This document shows positions 52,673-62,201 of a stretch of 64,000 nucleotides of DNA, in pieces; positions within the stretch are counted from its first letter, which is position 1, and every line of letters begins with the position of its first letter. The stretch lies in the IMG/VR virus record IMGVR_UViG_3300045988_103846, one strand, 5' to 3'. Source of the stretch: a virus. A model generated the notes under the pieces. That model did not search any database. It was not told where the DNA came from and saw only the letters and a list, made by a program, of their open reading frames with translations. Both the position numbers and the translations under genes were made by a program.

Positions 52673-53452
52673 CTATATGGATCGTTCTGAATATCCACAC
52701 TTATTGAATACGAAGACAGGTATACCTCCTGTCTTGTACATCTGTACAGCTACTACCTGAGCTTCAGTAGCAGGAGCTATGTCAAAAGATTCACTGAAGT
52801 ATATCTTACCGCTCTCACAGGATATAGATTTAGAAGTGATGTTAGTATTAACAGCCATGATAGAAGCTGTATACTGACCACCTTTCAAGGACTCCCAGTA
52901 GGCCTTTTTCAACTGAATGATAGGAGCAGAAGAAGTACTGAACACTACATCTCCAGGCTTGAGAATTATGGAGTTTGACTCATTTGTATATAAGTTGTCT
53001 GGATGAGTGAGTGTTATGTAGTTCCCCTTATTCTCGAGGTATTGATACAAACCTTGTGGGGTCCATAGTCTCTCAACCTCATCACCCGAATAGTCAGCAT
53101 ACTTGGCTTTTAGAGATCCGTCGCCGCTTATCCACATGCCCCACACTTGGGTGCTTATATCGCGATCTAAGAAGATCGCCATACCATCATAACAACCAAC
53201 AAAACTACTAGACCCACCAACTCTACCTAAAAGATAGGCTATAATCTCTTCCAGGGTATCATCTGGCTGTGGCTCATATGTAAGATCTATAGAACTGAAA
53301 TCTTTTGGTGTAATGGTTTTATTAGTAGAACCCTTTATCACAGCTGATAGAAGTGCCTTAAGGGTTGTATATTCTGTAGCACTTATCTGGATCTTCTCAT
53401 CCCCCTCGGGAACTTTGAAGAGAAGAGTGTTTATATTGGGAAAGAGAGGCAT
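52673..53452 (-). CDS. hypothetical structural protein
   Basis: ATG at 53452 (MPLFPNINT); the track start at 53461 is a TTG. Confidence 0.55.
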   Translation of the reverse strand: MPLFPNINTLLFKVPEGDEKIQISATEYTTLKALLSAVIKGSTNKTITPKDFSSIDLTYEPQPDDTLEEIIAYLLGRVGGSSSFVGCYDGMAIFLDRDISTQVWGMWISGDGSLKAKYADYSGDEVERLWTPQGLYQYLENKGNYITLTHPDNLYTNESNSIILKPGDVVFSTSSAPIIQLKKAYWESLKGGQYTASIMAVNTNITSKSISCESGKIYFSESFDIAPATEAQVVAVQMYKTGGIPVFVFNKCGYSERSI

Positions 53453-53454
53453 AG

Positions 53455-53964
53455 TTAACAACGGTTACAATTACACTTTCCAGCTTTATACTGGTCTAAT
53501 ATAGCCTTAGACTCTTCTGGACTCATTCTCTGTAGAATGATGAAGAAGAGAAGTGCTTTGTCATTACTTTGAGCTACCTGGGTATCTCCTGAAGGCTGGT
53601 ACACATGTCCATTAAGGATGAATCTGTCTTCAGCCCAGTTAAACCTCCAGTAGCCATATTCGTCAAGAAAACCCCGGGATCTTAGTAGATCAGCCGAGAT
53701 ATAAAGTACACAGTCTGTAGCATCAAGCTCTCCAGAGATATAGTTCTGCTGGTTATTGCTTGGCCAAGTCTTGATGTAGTTGTAGTGGAAAAGACCCTCT
53801 AGATCATGTTTAACATAGGTTTCATCTGAGTCTTCTCCCCACTCTGACATGAGAGGAACTTTCTCTAGCCATACAAAAGGCTGTTTGCCAGCATCGTTAT
53901 TGATAAACTTGTTGACAATGTTCTCATATCGTCTCCAAGCTTTGGAAGATACAAAAGAACCCAT
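53455..53964 (-). CDS. hypothetical head-tail protein
   Basis: 169-aa ORF with ATG start, coupled to its neighbours. Confidence 0.55.
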   Translation of the reverse strand: MGSFVSSKAWRRYENIVNKFINNDAGKQPFVWLEKVPLMSEWGEDSDETYVKHDLEGLFHYNYIKTWPSNNQQNYISGELDATDCVLYISADLLRSRGFLDEYGYWRFNWAEDRFILNGHVYQPSGDTQVAQSNDKALLFFIILQRMSPEESKAILDQYKAGKCNCNRC

Positions 53965-54821
53965 TACTTAATCACTTCAAGAGGATCTGGGCCTCCCAAG
54001 AAAGTATTGTGTCTTCGATTCTCTACCCTTGGCACTACTACCCGTTTACTTGGTCTGCTGCATATAGGGAGATATATCTCTAACCTCTCAGCCAGCATAC
54101 AGATATTAGCTTTCAAAAGGTCTATGAGACCATCTGGTTTCATAGCTTTAATGATATTGGCAGAATAATCTGAGCTAGCTGTAGCTGAATCGAAGTACTC
54201 CACTTCGGTTGGTCCAGTGGTTATATGTTTAACATTTCCAGCCCTATCACCACCATTCTCTTCTGAAGAGTCTGGGGTATATTCAGAACTACTGCTCTTA
54301 TTGCTGGAATACACATAATTAGATAGAGCCTGCACCATCTGATTTACTTTCAGAACCATGTAGTCGTATGCAGCCAATTCCATGATTAATTGGTTCTCTA
54401 GAGCTTCATAATAAAGCTCATTAGAATATTCTTCTACGGGAACGTCATGATTCACTAGAGGCTGTAAATACAGCTGCCATTTCTGAATAAATTTTCTCTT
54501 TTGGGAGAAATCGAGCTCCCCGAATATATCAGAGGGAAGATAGGCATCTATCAAATGGTAAATGGTATCAGACAGGGTTGTGTGAACCTTATCTGATACC
54601 AAGATGTCTTGAATGCAGCTACCCACCATCTGACCATCTGCAAAGTACCTGAGACTTACAGTGTATCTTCTGGACTGCTCATAAGTATGTACGGGCTCCC
54701 TTTCGGTAGAGGTAGAACCATCCCCGAAGTCCCAGAGAAGAGTGAAGTCTTCTACATCCCGGGAGTAGTTCAAGAAAGTTACAGTCAGCTCCTTACAGGA
54801 GAAGGTGAATTCTGCATTCAT
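53964..54821 (-). CDS. PKD-domain-containing virion protein
   Basis: N-terminus FTFSCKELTVTFLNYSRDVEDFTLLWDFGDGSTSTEREPVHTYEQSRRYTVSLRY fits the PKD signature WDFGDG...HTY...Y.V.L. Confidence 0.65.
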   Translation of the reverse strand: MNAEFTFSCKELTVTFLNYSRDVEDFTLLWDFGDGSTSTEREPVHTYEQSRRYTVSLRYFADGQMVGSCIQDILVSDKVHTTLSDTIYHLIDAYLPSDIFGELDFSQKRKFIQKWQLYLQPLVNHDVPVEEYSNELYYEALENQLIMELAAYDYMVLKVNQMVQALSNYVYSSNKSSSSEYTPDSSEENGGDRAGNVKHITTGPTEVEYFDSATASSDYSANIIKAMKPDGLIDLLKANICMLAERLEIYLPICSRPSKRVVVPRVENRRHNTFLGGPDPLEVIK

Positions 54822-54826
54822 GGTGT

Positions 54827-55207
54827 TTAGTTATTGTTTACTTCGGCCTTGATAGCTTCAAGGATATCCAGAGCCTTGTCTGACTCCTCTACTTCAATGT
54901 CGTAGAGAGCAGCAATGGCAGTCAGGTCAGCCTTCTTGTAGAGCTTGAGAATTTTCTTATCCTCAACGCCCTTAGAGAGCTCATCAAGAAGAGAGTCTCT
55001 AAGCTCTTCTGGGGATAGAGCCTTTGGCTCTTCTACGGTAGCATAAACCAGATGACCTCCTCTCAATGCACCAGCAACTCTGCCGGAATTGAGCTGACGA
55101 AGATTGAGTTCTACCGTCTCACCTGGACGAACTGAAATACCCTGGACTGGGTCTCTGAAGAAACTTGCTTTTGGGCCGAGTTTCACAAACTTATTAGATG
55201 TTGCCAT
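54827..55207 (-). CDS. hypothetical head-associated protein
   Basis: 126 aa, codon-biased, directly after the capsid gene. Confidence 0.55.
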   Translation of the reverse strand: MATSNKFVKLGPKASFFRDPVQGISVRPGETVELNLRQLNSGRVAGALRGGHLVYATVEEPKALSPEELRDSLLDELSKGVEDKKILKLYKKADLTAIAALYDIEVEESDKALDILEAIKAEVNNN

Positions 55208-55284
55208 ATTTGATGTTGAGTTAAGTTAAGGGAGCCCCAAAGAATTATGGAGCCCCCAAATATTTAGAAATGAGCAAGAAAGGC

Positions 55285-56397
55285 TTAGCCCTCCATATTA
55301 TACTGGATGTAAGAATCCTTCTCCAAGTACTCTGGGAATGGGTTCTCAGTGAGGTTCTTGCTGCCGTCCAGAAGGATAGCGGCATCCTGATACATCTTGG
55401 AGAATCCGGTGGTCAGAGTTGCATAGGTGGCCTCTGTCTGGTTAGATACGATCCTCTCTGACTCGAGCATGAGGCTCTGAGCATTGAGCTTGATCATAGC
55501 AAAGCGAGGGTCTACCAGCAAGATCTGATTCTCATCTACACCCGTATGGATGAAGCAGTTTGCCTGGTTCGGAACTGGGGTCTTGAGATTGAGAGTAGCC
55601 TGAGTGGTACCCTGCTGACGAAGCTTGAACTCAGGGAGATCCAGGAGCTCAACTGCCTTGTCTTCTCCAGCGATGATATCCTGGAAGCTTCTTCCGAGAC
55701 GAGCACCACGGATCCAGAGACGAAGGAGATCTTTGTACTGGATGCCAGCAGTAGTGTCATTCACTCCGATAACTGGAGAAGACTCAGAGCCATCCTTGGC
55801 GTTACCGTTAGTGAGAACGTCCAGAGCAAGGCTGTCAAGAGCATAGCCAAGCTGAACACCGAAGTCACGGAGGAAGATACCGAGAACATCAAGAGAAACG
55901 TAGTTCTTCACCTCATCAGTGAGCTTGAATCCGCGTCCAATCTTGAAGAGGTTCACAGACTTCTGACCGAAGCTAACGGAGCCAACTGGAATGGTCTCAG
56001 CCTCATTGATCCTTGAAGGAGCAGCCTCTGCCGGGTTGATGATAGGCATGATAGCGGACAACCCATTGATTCCCTGCTCACTAGCAATGAGATTCGGGTA
56101 GAATGGTGCCTCCCTGATGCCGAGATCGATAGCAGAACGGATAATCTCCGGAACAATCCAACGAATGGACTGATCAGGCATCGTGAAGATGTTCTGCATT
56201 GTGGTGGACTTAAGGTTGACTCCCAGCTTGTCGCAGTAGTCATCCATAGACATGTTGTACTTCTCCTGAATAAACTCAGAGAATGAGATGTCGGTCGGCC
56301 TCATCTGAGCACCGCCGGCACGATAACCATCAAGCTGCTGAATATTGGAAGGAAGCTCCTGGAGCAGTTCCTGAGCAGTGAGTGTTTTTTCTGCCAT
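55285..56397 (-). CDS. major capsid protein (by position, size and codon bias)
   Basis: 370 aa, follows the protease/scaffold and decoration-like genes. It has the strongest C-ending codon bias in the window (stop-free antisense frames). Confidence 0.6.
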   Translation of the reverse strand: MAEKTLTAQELLQELPSNIQQLDGYRAGGAQMRPTDISFSEFIQEKYNMSMDDYCDKLGVNLKSTTMQNIFTMPDQSIRWIVPEIIRSAIDLGIREAPFYPNLIASEQGINGLSAIMPIINPAEAAPSRINEAETIPVGSVSFGQKSVNLFKIGRGFKLTDEVKNYVSLDVLGIFLRDFGVQLGYALDSLALDVLTNGNAKDGSESSPVIGVNDTTAGIQYKDLLRLWIRGARLGRSFQDIIAGEDKAVELLDLPEFKLRQQGTTQATLNLKTPVPNQANCFIHTGVDENQILLVDPRFAMIKLNAQSLMLESERIVSNQTEATYATLTTGFSKMYQDAAILLDGSKNLTENPFPEYLEKDSYIQYNMEG

Positions 56398-56420
56398 AGT
56401 TTTGAAATGTTTTTTGGTTG

Positions 56421-56903
56421 TTAGCGAATGAGAACCTGGATGAGATCACCCTTAGCAGCACTTGGAGTGATGCAGATGAACTTAGGGTCAGTGCTGGCCT
56501 CGTCTACAGCATAAGGAGTGTAGAACTCGTTTTCTTCAGACTTTACGAGAGCTACAGGCTTTATAGCCCCGCATTTTGTGATCTCGGCATTGGCAATACC
56601 GTAGGTGAGAGCAAAAGCTTCAACCATTACAGTTACCTCTGGGCCGAGTGCTCCCTCTGGATAGCAAGGGAATTCACTGCCTGTGACAGCCATGCCAAGG
56701 TAGACGCCCTCTCCAACATAGGCCTCAATTGTGCCGTCTTCGTTGAGTTTAACAGGCATACCCGGAACAATGAGCTTGGCAACATTACCTTCTTTCTTTA
56801 CCGGAAAAGCTTGATGCAGCTTCTGTGACTCACTCTTGTAAATCACGGTCTGAGGAGTCTTGATACCGACCTTTCTCAGATGCTGAGGGTTTGTATACTT
56901 CAT
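56421..56903 (-). CDS. head decoration/cement-like protein (DUF2190-like)
   Basis: 160 aa, beta-rich, between the protease/scaffold and capsid genes. Confidence 0.4.
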   Translation of the reverse strand: MKYTNPQHLRKVGIKTPQTVIYKSESQKLHQAFPVKKEGNVAKLIVPGMPVKLNEDGTIEAYVGEGVYLGMAVTGSEFPCYPEGALGPEVTVMVEAFALTYGIANAEITKCGAIKPVALVKSEENEFYTPYAVDEASTDPKFICITPSAAKGDLIQVLIR

Positions 56904-56922
56904 AATAAAGTGTTTTGAGATT

Positions 56923-58410
56923 TTACTGTTTTGACTTAGCGATCTTCTTGAGGATAGACTGAGTGTCGTTTACCTTCTCGTTATGCTCCTTATTGGAGTC
57001 TACAGAAGACCCACGGTTAACATTCTTAGAGCCGCAATCAGCACAGTGAAGAGGGAACTTCTCCTCAAGCTGGGCATCATAGTTGGCCTTGAGAGAAAGG
57101 AGCGTAGAGAGAGAATCAACGTTCTCGATGAGGGTAAGGATGTTTGAATCCTCTTTCTCCCCCATAAGCTTCTTGTATGAAGCCAGGGTAGCCTCTTTTA
57201 CCTCCTTAAAATGATCCTGACCCATCTGGATGAAAGAAGCATTAGCTTTAGCATCTTTCTCCAAATTGGCTACCTTTTCCTGAAGCTCCGTTACAGAAGC
57301 CTCTGACGCAGTCACTTTCTCTGAGAGTGACTTGTTTTCTGTGAGAAGCCTCTTCACTTCAGAAAGGACTAGCTCACTGGAAGCGGTCTGACCTTCTCCC
57401 AAAGAGAGCATACCCTCACCAAAGAGGCTCTCCAAAAATGCTTGTAATTCCTGTGGCATTGTGTTGGATTGATTGTTAGGGTTAATATTGATTTTCTGAG
57501 AATTTCCCTTTAGTGGGTCTGCCTCTGCGTTAGAGACAGTATCACTGCGAAGAATATTCTCGAAGTCACGAAGAATATTCTTGAAGTCAAAGAAATAAGA
57601 GTCTCTGGTAGAGTTAGATACTCTCTCTTTGACCTGTTCAGAGAACGAGTTATATACTGAATCAGCATAGCCCGGGTTGATGATCTTACCATCTCTGATT
57701 ATCTGAGCATAAGGGTCTGCACCGTGAGAAACCAAGGATGTCTCTTTATAGGAAATGATCTTGGTAACAATTCTGCGAACCATAGTGCCATCTTTAGCAT
57801 AAGTTCCCAGCTTGTCCCAGAACTCCCATTCATGCTCAAACTCATGAGAAGGCTTCCATTCAAACTGAACGGTGACCGAATTAGAGTGAATAGAAGGAGG
57901 ATCCATGTTGATTCCCCTGGCTATTCTTGGATTAGCTTTACCATCAATGCGAAAGACTCCATTGATTCCAGCAGGGATCTTCAACCCTTTATCGGAATAG
58001 GCCTCTTGCCAAGTGACGGCTTTAATTGAGCCGATAGCATTAGCAATGTCAGTAGAATGATCACAGTTGATAGTCTGACCAACCAGAAGAGGCATAGAAG
58101 CCTTGAGCACATCAGCTGGAAACTCTGTCGGATTGTAGTTCTTAGATACAATACAGTTAGAGATCAACCTAAATACTGGCTCTATGAACTCATCATCAGC
58201 AGGGTTAAACTGTGCAGCTTCTACGTCTGGGTAGAAAGTGTTGTAGTCAATGCTACTAAAAAGACCGAACTGCTCAATTGTTTGAGGGTTAGCCCCTATG
58301 GCATTGAAATAACTGTCTGAAAGTCTCTGGGGATCCAAGTTTCTTGGTTTATGGTTGATCATCATGCTATGATCAGCACCCAGAGTAAGAGTAGCTACAA
58401 GTGGTGGCAT
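56923..58410 (-). CDS. prohead protease fused to a scaffold-like coiled coil
   Basis: YKETSLVSHGADPYAQ resembles the (E)xSLVxxPA segment of HK97-type (S78) proteases. The C-terminal half is helical and charged. The ATG overlaps the portal stop (TAATG). Confidence 0.5.
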   Translation of the reverse strand: MPPLVATLTLGADHSMMINHKPRNLDPQRLSDSYFNAIGANPQTIEQFGLFSSIDYNTFYPDVEAAQFNPADDEFIEPVFRLISNCIVSKNYNPTEFPADVLKASMPLLVGQTINCDHSTDIANAIGSIKAVTWQEAYSDKGLKIPAGINGVFRIDGKANPRIARGINMDPPSIHSNSVTVQFEWKPSHEFEHEWEFWDKLGTYAKDGTMVRRIVTKIISYKETSLVSHGADPYAQIIRDGKIINPGYADSVYNSFSEQVKERVSNSTRDSYFFDFKNILRDFENILRSDTVSNAEADPLKGNSQKININPNNQSNTMPQELQAFLESLFGEGMLSLGEGQTASSELVLSEVKRLLTENKSLSEKVTASEASVTELQEKVANLEKDAKANASFIQMGQDHFKEVKEATLASYKKLMGEKEDSNILTLIENVDSLSTLLSLKANYDAQLEEKFPLHCADCGSKNVNRGSSVDSNKEHNEKVNDTQSILKKIAKSKQ

Positions 58411-59870
58411 TATCTTGGTCTTGAATCTTGATCTTTACGTTTTGGAGTAGGGTTATTTTTATCCCTAGTCTTGCGGTCGGAGGTGTCCTTATCGGCTTCC
58501 CTCTTTCGATTTGGAGTACTAACCCCCTCGGCATCTTCGAGAGGTATGCGCGGTTCTTTCTGGTCAGCTTTTGCATACCCAAGTTCCCAAGCAGCCTGAT
58601 CTTGACTGATGAGACCCTGGTTGTATTTTGAGATGACATTTTTGATCTTATACTCTTGGGCTTGCTGAACCTTGATCTCATCTGATACTGTAGAAGTACC
58701 AAAAGTAACTTCGATGCCCTTGTTGGGCAGCCCAGCTAATCTGAGTTCCAGAGTATAAATGAACTCAAGAGCATGAGTGACCATCATCTGAATATTCTTG
58801 AGCTGAGATATCATCTTAGAAAGCATGATACCAGCACCGCCCTCAGTATTCTGAGTCTGAACCCCGATGATAGTAGAAGTGACACCCAAACCGTTAGCAA
58901 CAGCTTGCTCATTCATTTTCCAAGGGATATCCAGATTTTGCATTGAAGCAGAGGTAGAATTCATCTCAAACTCATGATCATCAATAAAACCTGTTACGAT
59001 ACCGTCTTTCATACCATCTTTAAGGTTCTTCTTTAGATCTCGAAGGATCTTGCTCAAGCGAGCAGCATAAGCAGCCTCAGACTCGGAGCCTCTTCTAGCA
59101 GGCTTCTGCATCTTAGCTTCTAAAAACCCTACCATACCCATGAGCTCCATGATCTGCTTGAAGTTAATTCTCATGTCATGTTGGGTCTTCAAAGAGTCAA
59201 GAGCCCCAAGGAAAGGTGGAATACCATAAGGCTCATCCACATCGTTGTACATTCCGATGTACTGATAAGTCTCGGTGTTCAGCTTAATGAGAGATGGCTT
59301 CTTGTTGTTGACCCTGAATCGATTGATCTGGTAGGGTTGATAGACCCCGTTATCTTCTCTCTTAAAGAGAATATCTTCTGGATTCAGAAAAAGCAAAGTA
59401 GACAAGCCGTCCAAATTTTCATCTGGAACGGCTTCAACTGAAATAGCACCCCCAATGAGCGTTTGGCAGATCATTTTGTTTACTAGTCCGTTTATACCAG
59501 CAGTATATCGGGACCATTTTTTTGACGCCTCTTTGAGGTGCTTTCTCATCTTCTCAGATTCTTGAGCAGTATTGTTCGGGAAATTGATGATATGCTCAGT
59601 GTTGGCTAACTTGAACATGTCCTGAACAGCAATGCTCATATCTGGGTTGATCTTGTACAGATCCCTAATCAGAGGAATCAGCTCAGTCCTGAAAGAGGGG
59701 TTCACCATTGCAGCAGTCTCCCCCAACACTCTTATGGTGTTGGCAGGGCTGCTGTCGTTTGGTACTGATACTCTTCCGGGAGATATAGCTGATATATCTG
59801 GCTCGGGCTTCTTCTCCTTGAGCTCTGGTGAAGATCTTCGGAACCAGGTCAAGGGATTGAGTATGCTCAT
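58410..59870 (-). CDS. portal protein
   Basis: About 486 aa, between TerL and the protease. ATG at 59870 (MSILNPL); the track start at 59879 is a TTG. Basic C-terminus. Confidence 0.6.
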   Translation of the reverse strand: MSILNPLTWFRRSSPELKEKKPEPDISAISPGRVSVPNDSSPANTIRVLGETAAMVNPSFRTELIPLIRDLYKINPDMSIAVQDMFKLANTEHIINFPNNTAQESEKMRKHLKEASKKWSRYTAGINGLVNKMICQTLIGGAISVEAVPDENLDGLSTLLFLNPEDILFKREDNGVYQPYQINRFRVNNKKPSLIKLNTETYQYIGMYNDVDEPYGIPPFLGALDSLKTQHDMRINFKQIMELMGMVGFLEAKMQKPARRGSESEAAYAARLSKILRDLKKNLKDGMKDGIVTGFIDDHEFEMNSTSASMQNLDIPWKMNEQAVANGLGVTSTIIGVQTQNTEGGAGIMLSKMISQLKNIQMMVTHALEFIYTLELRLAGLPNKGIEVTFGTSTVSDEIKVQQAQEYKIKNVISKYNQGLISQDQAAWELGYAKADQKEPRIPLEDAEGVSTPNRKREADKDTSDRKTRDKNNPTPKRKDQDSRPR

Positions 59871-59881
59871 ATATGTCAATT

Positions 59882-61369
59882 TTATTGTGGCAACGGAATA
59901 ACGGTATTGATAGGACTCTTCCTGATATGATTTGTGATAGCCTTGCCGAAGATATCATCATCAGCATAAGCAATACCATCATCTATATCAATGTCTTCAG
60001 AAGCAGCTCTTGAGTGTTTGCCCAGAGCAATTGGTCTTCCTTGAGTGTCATAGATGAAAGTATAAGCTTCCTGAACAAAGAAAGGATCTTTGATTATCAC
60101 TTCTTCATTACGGATATCTTTCTCTAGACCCTCAATTATGAGGGACCTATTTTTGTTTGTAGTGAGCCATCCCGGGATCTTCTCTTCCCTTGGCTTACTC
60201 ATGTGCTTCTCTTTGATGAGCTTAGTGGAGTAATACAGGTTCGGATAAGCTTCATCCTGTAAAGCCAGAGTTACGGCCATTCCAATATCATTAGTCTCTG
60301 GGGCTAAGCAAGCATAGTTGTATTTCTCACCAATATCTCCGAGAAGCTTAGCATACTTGTCAAGAGGAATCTTACCCTTAAAGACCGCATGTTCTTCTCC
60401 CCATCGATCCATACAGGTAAAAGAAGAGAAGTCAGCACCTCTACCGGTAGCACAGTCTGCCCCGATAAAATAAAGCTCGTTTATATCTGGATCTTTGAAT
60501 TCCCTGTAAGCTCCCCCGAAACGGGTCTGTAGAGTCGGATAATCAGTGAGGCAGTCTTCAATAGCTTTGATATCAGCAGGACTAAATACGGTGTTTCCAG
60601 ATGATAGGAAGTCTCCATCAATCTCTTGGGCAGTTCTTTTAGGGCCGAGGGCCTTAGCCATTTCCTCATACCATTTCAAATCTCTGTCTGGGTGCATGTC
60701 CCAGAGAAGTCTGATTGGTGTGAAATTATTGGCATGTTGAAGAGCATCAACCCAAGTCTTGTGATAAAACCCACCGATACCTAAAGGTGTGCTATTGATG
60801 ATACAACTACCTCCAGTAGCCAGTGTAGGAGCAGCAGCAGCCCAAATCTGATTAGCCCACCTAACAGCAGCAGCTTCATCAATGATCAGAAGAGAAAGGG
60901 ATTCAGATCGGCCAGCATTTTCGGATGTTGGTATTGACTCTATGACTGATCCATTACAGAACTGCATCTCAGTAGCGGATCCGAATTCCCCTGCCCTTCC
61001 GTTTATGATTGGGGTCTGAAGGAACCACGGAAGATTCTTGTACATAAACTTGATTCTTCGAAGGACCTTCTTAGCAACTGTATCTTTGATGGAGATGATG
61101 TTTATCTTCTTGTTGTCATGGTAGGAAGCAAGCCAGAGACTGTGCATTGACATGAGCTCTGTGATTCCCATCTGACGACATTTCAGAATGATATTGAATC
61201 TGGATCGGTTGAACTCATACAGAACTGATTTCTGATAGGGGTATAGGTCAAATCGAACCTTACCGAGCACAGGATTGACTACATTCACAAACTGAGAGTA
61301 GTAGAAAGGATCTCTACTGACTCTAGCTAGAATCTGTACCTGTTCTCTTGTTAATGTTCTCTGTTCCAT
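59882..61369 (-). CDS. terL: terminase large subunit
   Basis: ILKCRQMGITELMS (Walker A-like RQxG(K/I)T), SLLIIDEAAAV (Walker B), and a C-terminal nuclease segment YFIGADCATGRG. Confidence 0.8.
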   Translation of the reverse strand: MEQRTLTREQVQILARVSRDPFYYSQFVNVVNPVLGKVRFDLYPYQKSVLYEFNRSRFNIILKCRQMGITELMSMHSLWLASYHDNKKINIISIKDTVAKKVLRRIKFMYKNLPWFLQTPIINGRAGEFGSATEMQFCNGSVIESIPTSENAGRSESLSLLIIDEAAAVRWANQIWAAAAPTLATGGSCIINSTPLGIGGFYHKTWVDALQHANNFTPIRLLWDMHPDRDLKWYEEMAKALGPKRTAQEIDGDFLSSGNTVFSPADIKAIEDCLTDYPTLQTRFGGAYREFKDPDINELYFIGADCATGRGADFSSFTCMDRWGEEHAVFKGKIPLDKYAKLLGDIGEKYNYACLAPETNDIGMAVTLALQDEAYPNLYYSTKLIKEKHMSKPREEKIPGWLTTNKNRSLIIEGLEKDIRNEEVIIKDPFFVQEAYTFIYDTQGRPIALGKHSRAASEDIDIDDGIAYADDDIFGKAITNHIRKSPINTVIPLPQ

Positions 61370-61372
61370 AAC

Positions 61373-62047
61373 CTAAAATATGTATCGTACCCTGATGTAC
61401 GGATCTAATCCGAAAGGGGTTTCCCAACCAGGGTACCAATGGGAATTCAAACCGATTTCATAATACAAAAAGCTGGTCTCGCGTCCTAATCCGAGATTGA
61501 CATCATATAGATTAGACAGGGGTCGTATCATGATTTCTGAAGATAATCGAAATTTTTTCAGAAATTTTTGGGGGTTCTTGGTCATAGTTCCCCCGAAGTA
61601 ACTGTACCGGTAAAGGTTTGGATTTACCTTATACTCTCTTGTAGATATGTCTCCATAAGAGTCTAACTCAGTCAAGGTGAGAATATTATGATCCAAGAGT
61701 ATCTGGACTAACTTATTAGACTCAGGGTACTTAGCTAAGAACTGAGTAGAGTAACTCTTCAACTGATTGAAGCCAAAGTTAACATCTATTCGCTTAAGAT
61801 CAGCTTCAACCTTATGCACCGGGACTGAGTCCTTGGGATAGAATACAACCAGCTTTGGTACTTGTATAGTCTTGTACTCTTTTTCGGGTTGAAAAACTTT
61901 TGTTTTGTATATTGTGTCAACTCTCGGCATAGTGTCATCATCTCTCATCTTGTTCATCTTAACTTTGAGAGACAGAGTTATCATCCAACTCAATATGAGC
62001 AGAGACAACAAAATAAAATTCACATTCACTTTCATATCGTCTATCAT
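61373..62047 (-). CDS. membrane-anchored/secreted protein with an OMP-like C-terminal beta-signal
   Basis: N-terminal hydrophobic helix VNFILLSLLILSWMITLSL. C-terminus ...GLDPYIRVRYIF (alternating hydrophobic residues ending in Phe). Confidence 0.5.
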   Translation of the reverse strand: MIDDMKVNVNFILLSLLILSWMITLSLKVKMNKMRDDDTMPRVDTIYKTKVFQPEKEYKTIQVPKLVVFYPKDSVPVHKVEADLKRIDVNFGFNQLKSYSTQFLAKYPESNKLVQILLDHNILTLTELDSYGDISTREYKVNPNLYRYSYFGGTMTKNPQKFLKKFRLSSEIMIRPLSNLYDVNLGLGRETSFLYYEIGLNSHWYPGWETPFGLDPYIRVRYIF

Positions 62048-62052
62048 CTATC

Positions 62053-62147
62053 TATACTGAGTCTGACGACTCAGTATATACGCGTATGCGTATAAATAAC
62101 AACCTATCTACTTCGTAGATAGGGCTATACTAGTAAACTAGTATAGC
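62053..62147. repeat. array of four back-to-back perfect hairpins/palindromes
   Basis: 62053-62078: 11-bp stem TATACTGAGTC, loop TGAC. 62077-62094: 7-bp stem TATACGC, loop GTAT (contains the palindrome ATACGCGTAT). 62103-62123: 9-bp stem CCTATCTAC, loop TTC. 62124-62147: 10-bp stem GCTATACTAG, loop TAAA. Confidence 0.85.
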
Positions 62148-62201
62148 ATTAGCTATGTGTTATAACTATAAGACTGTGTTGTTATTTTTCTCTTTCTTTA
62201 T

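Noticed and set aside
55231-55256. Direct repeat GGAGCCCC x2 after the capsid gene, considered as a terminator.
   Set aside because: The copies are direct, not inverted, so no hairpin forms, and there is no T-run. No function can be argued.
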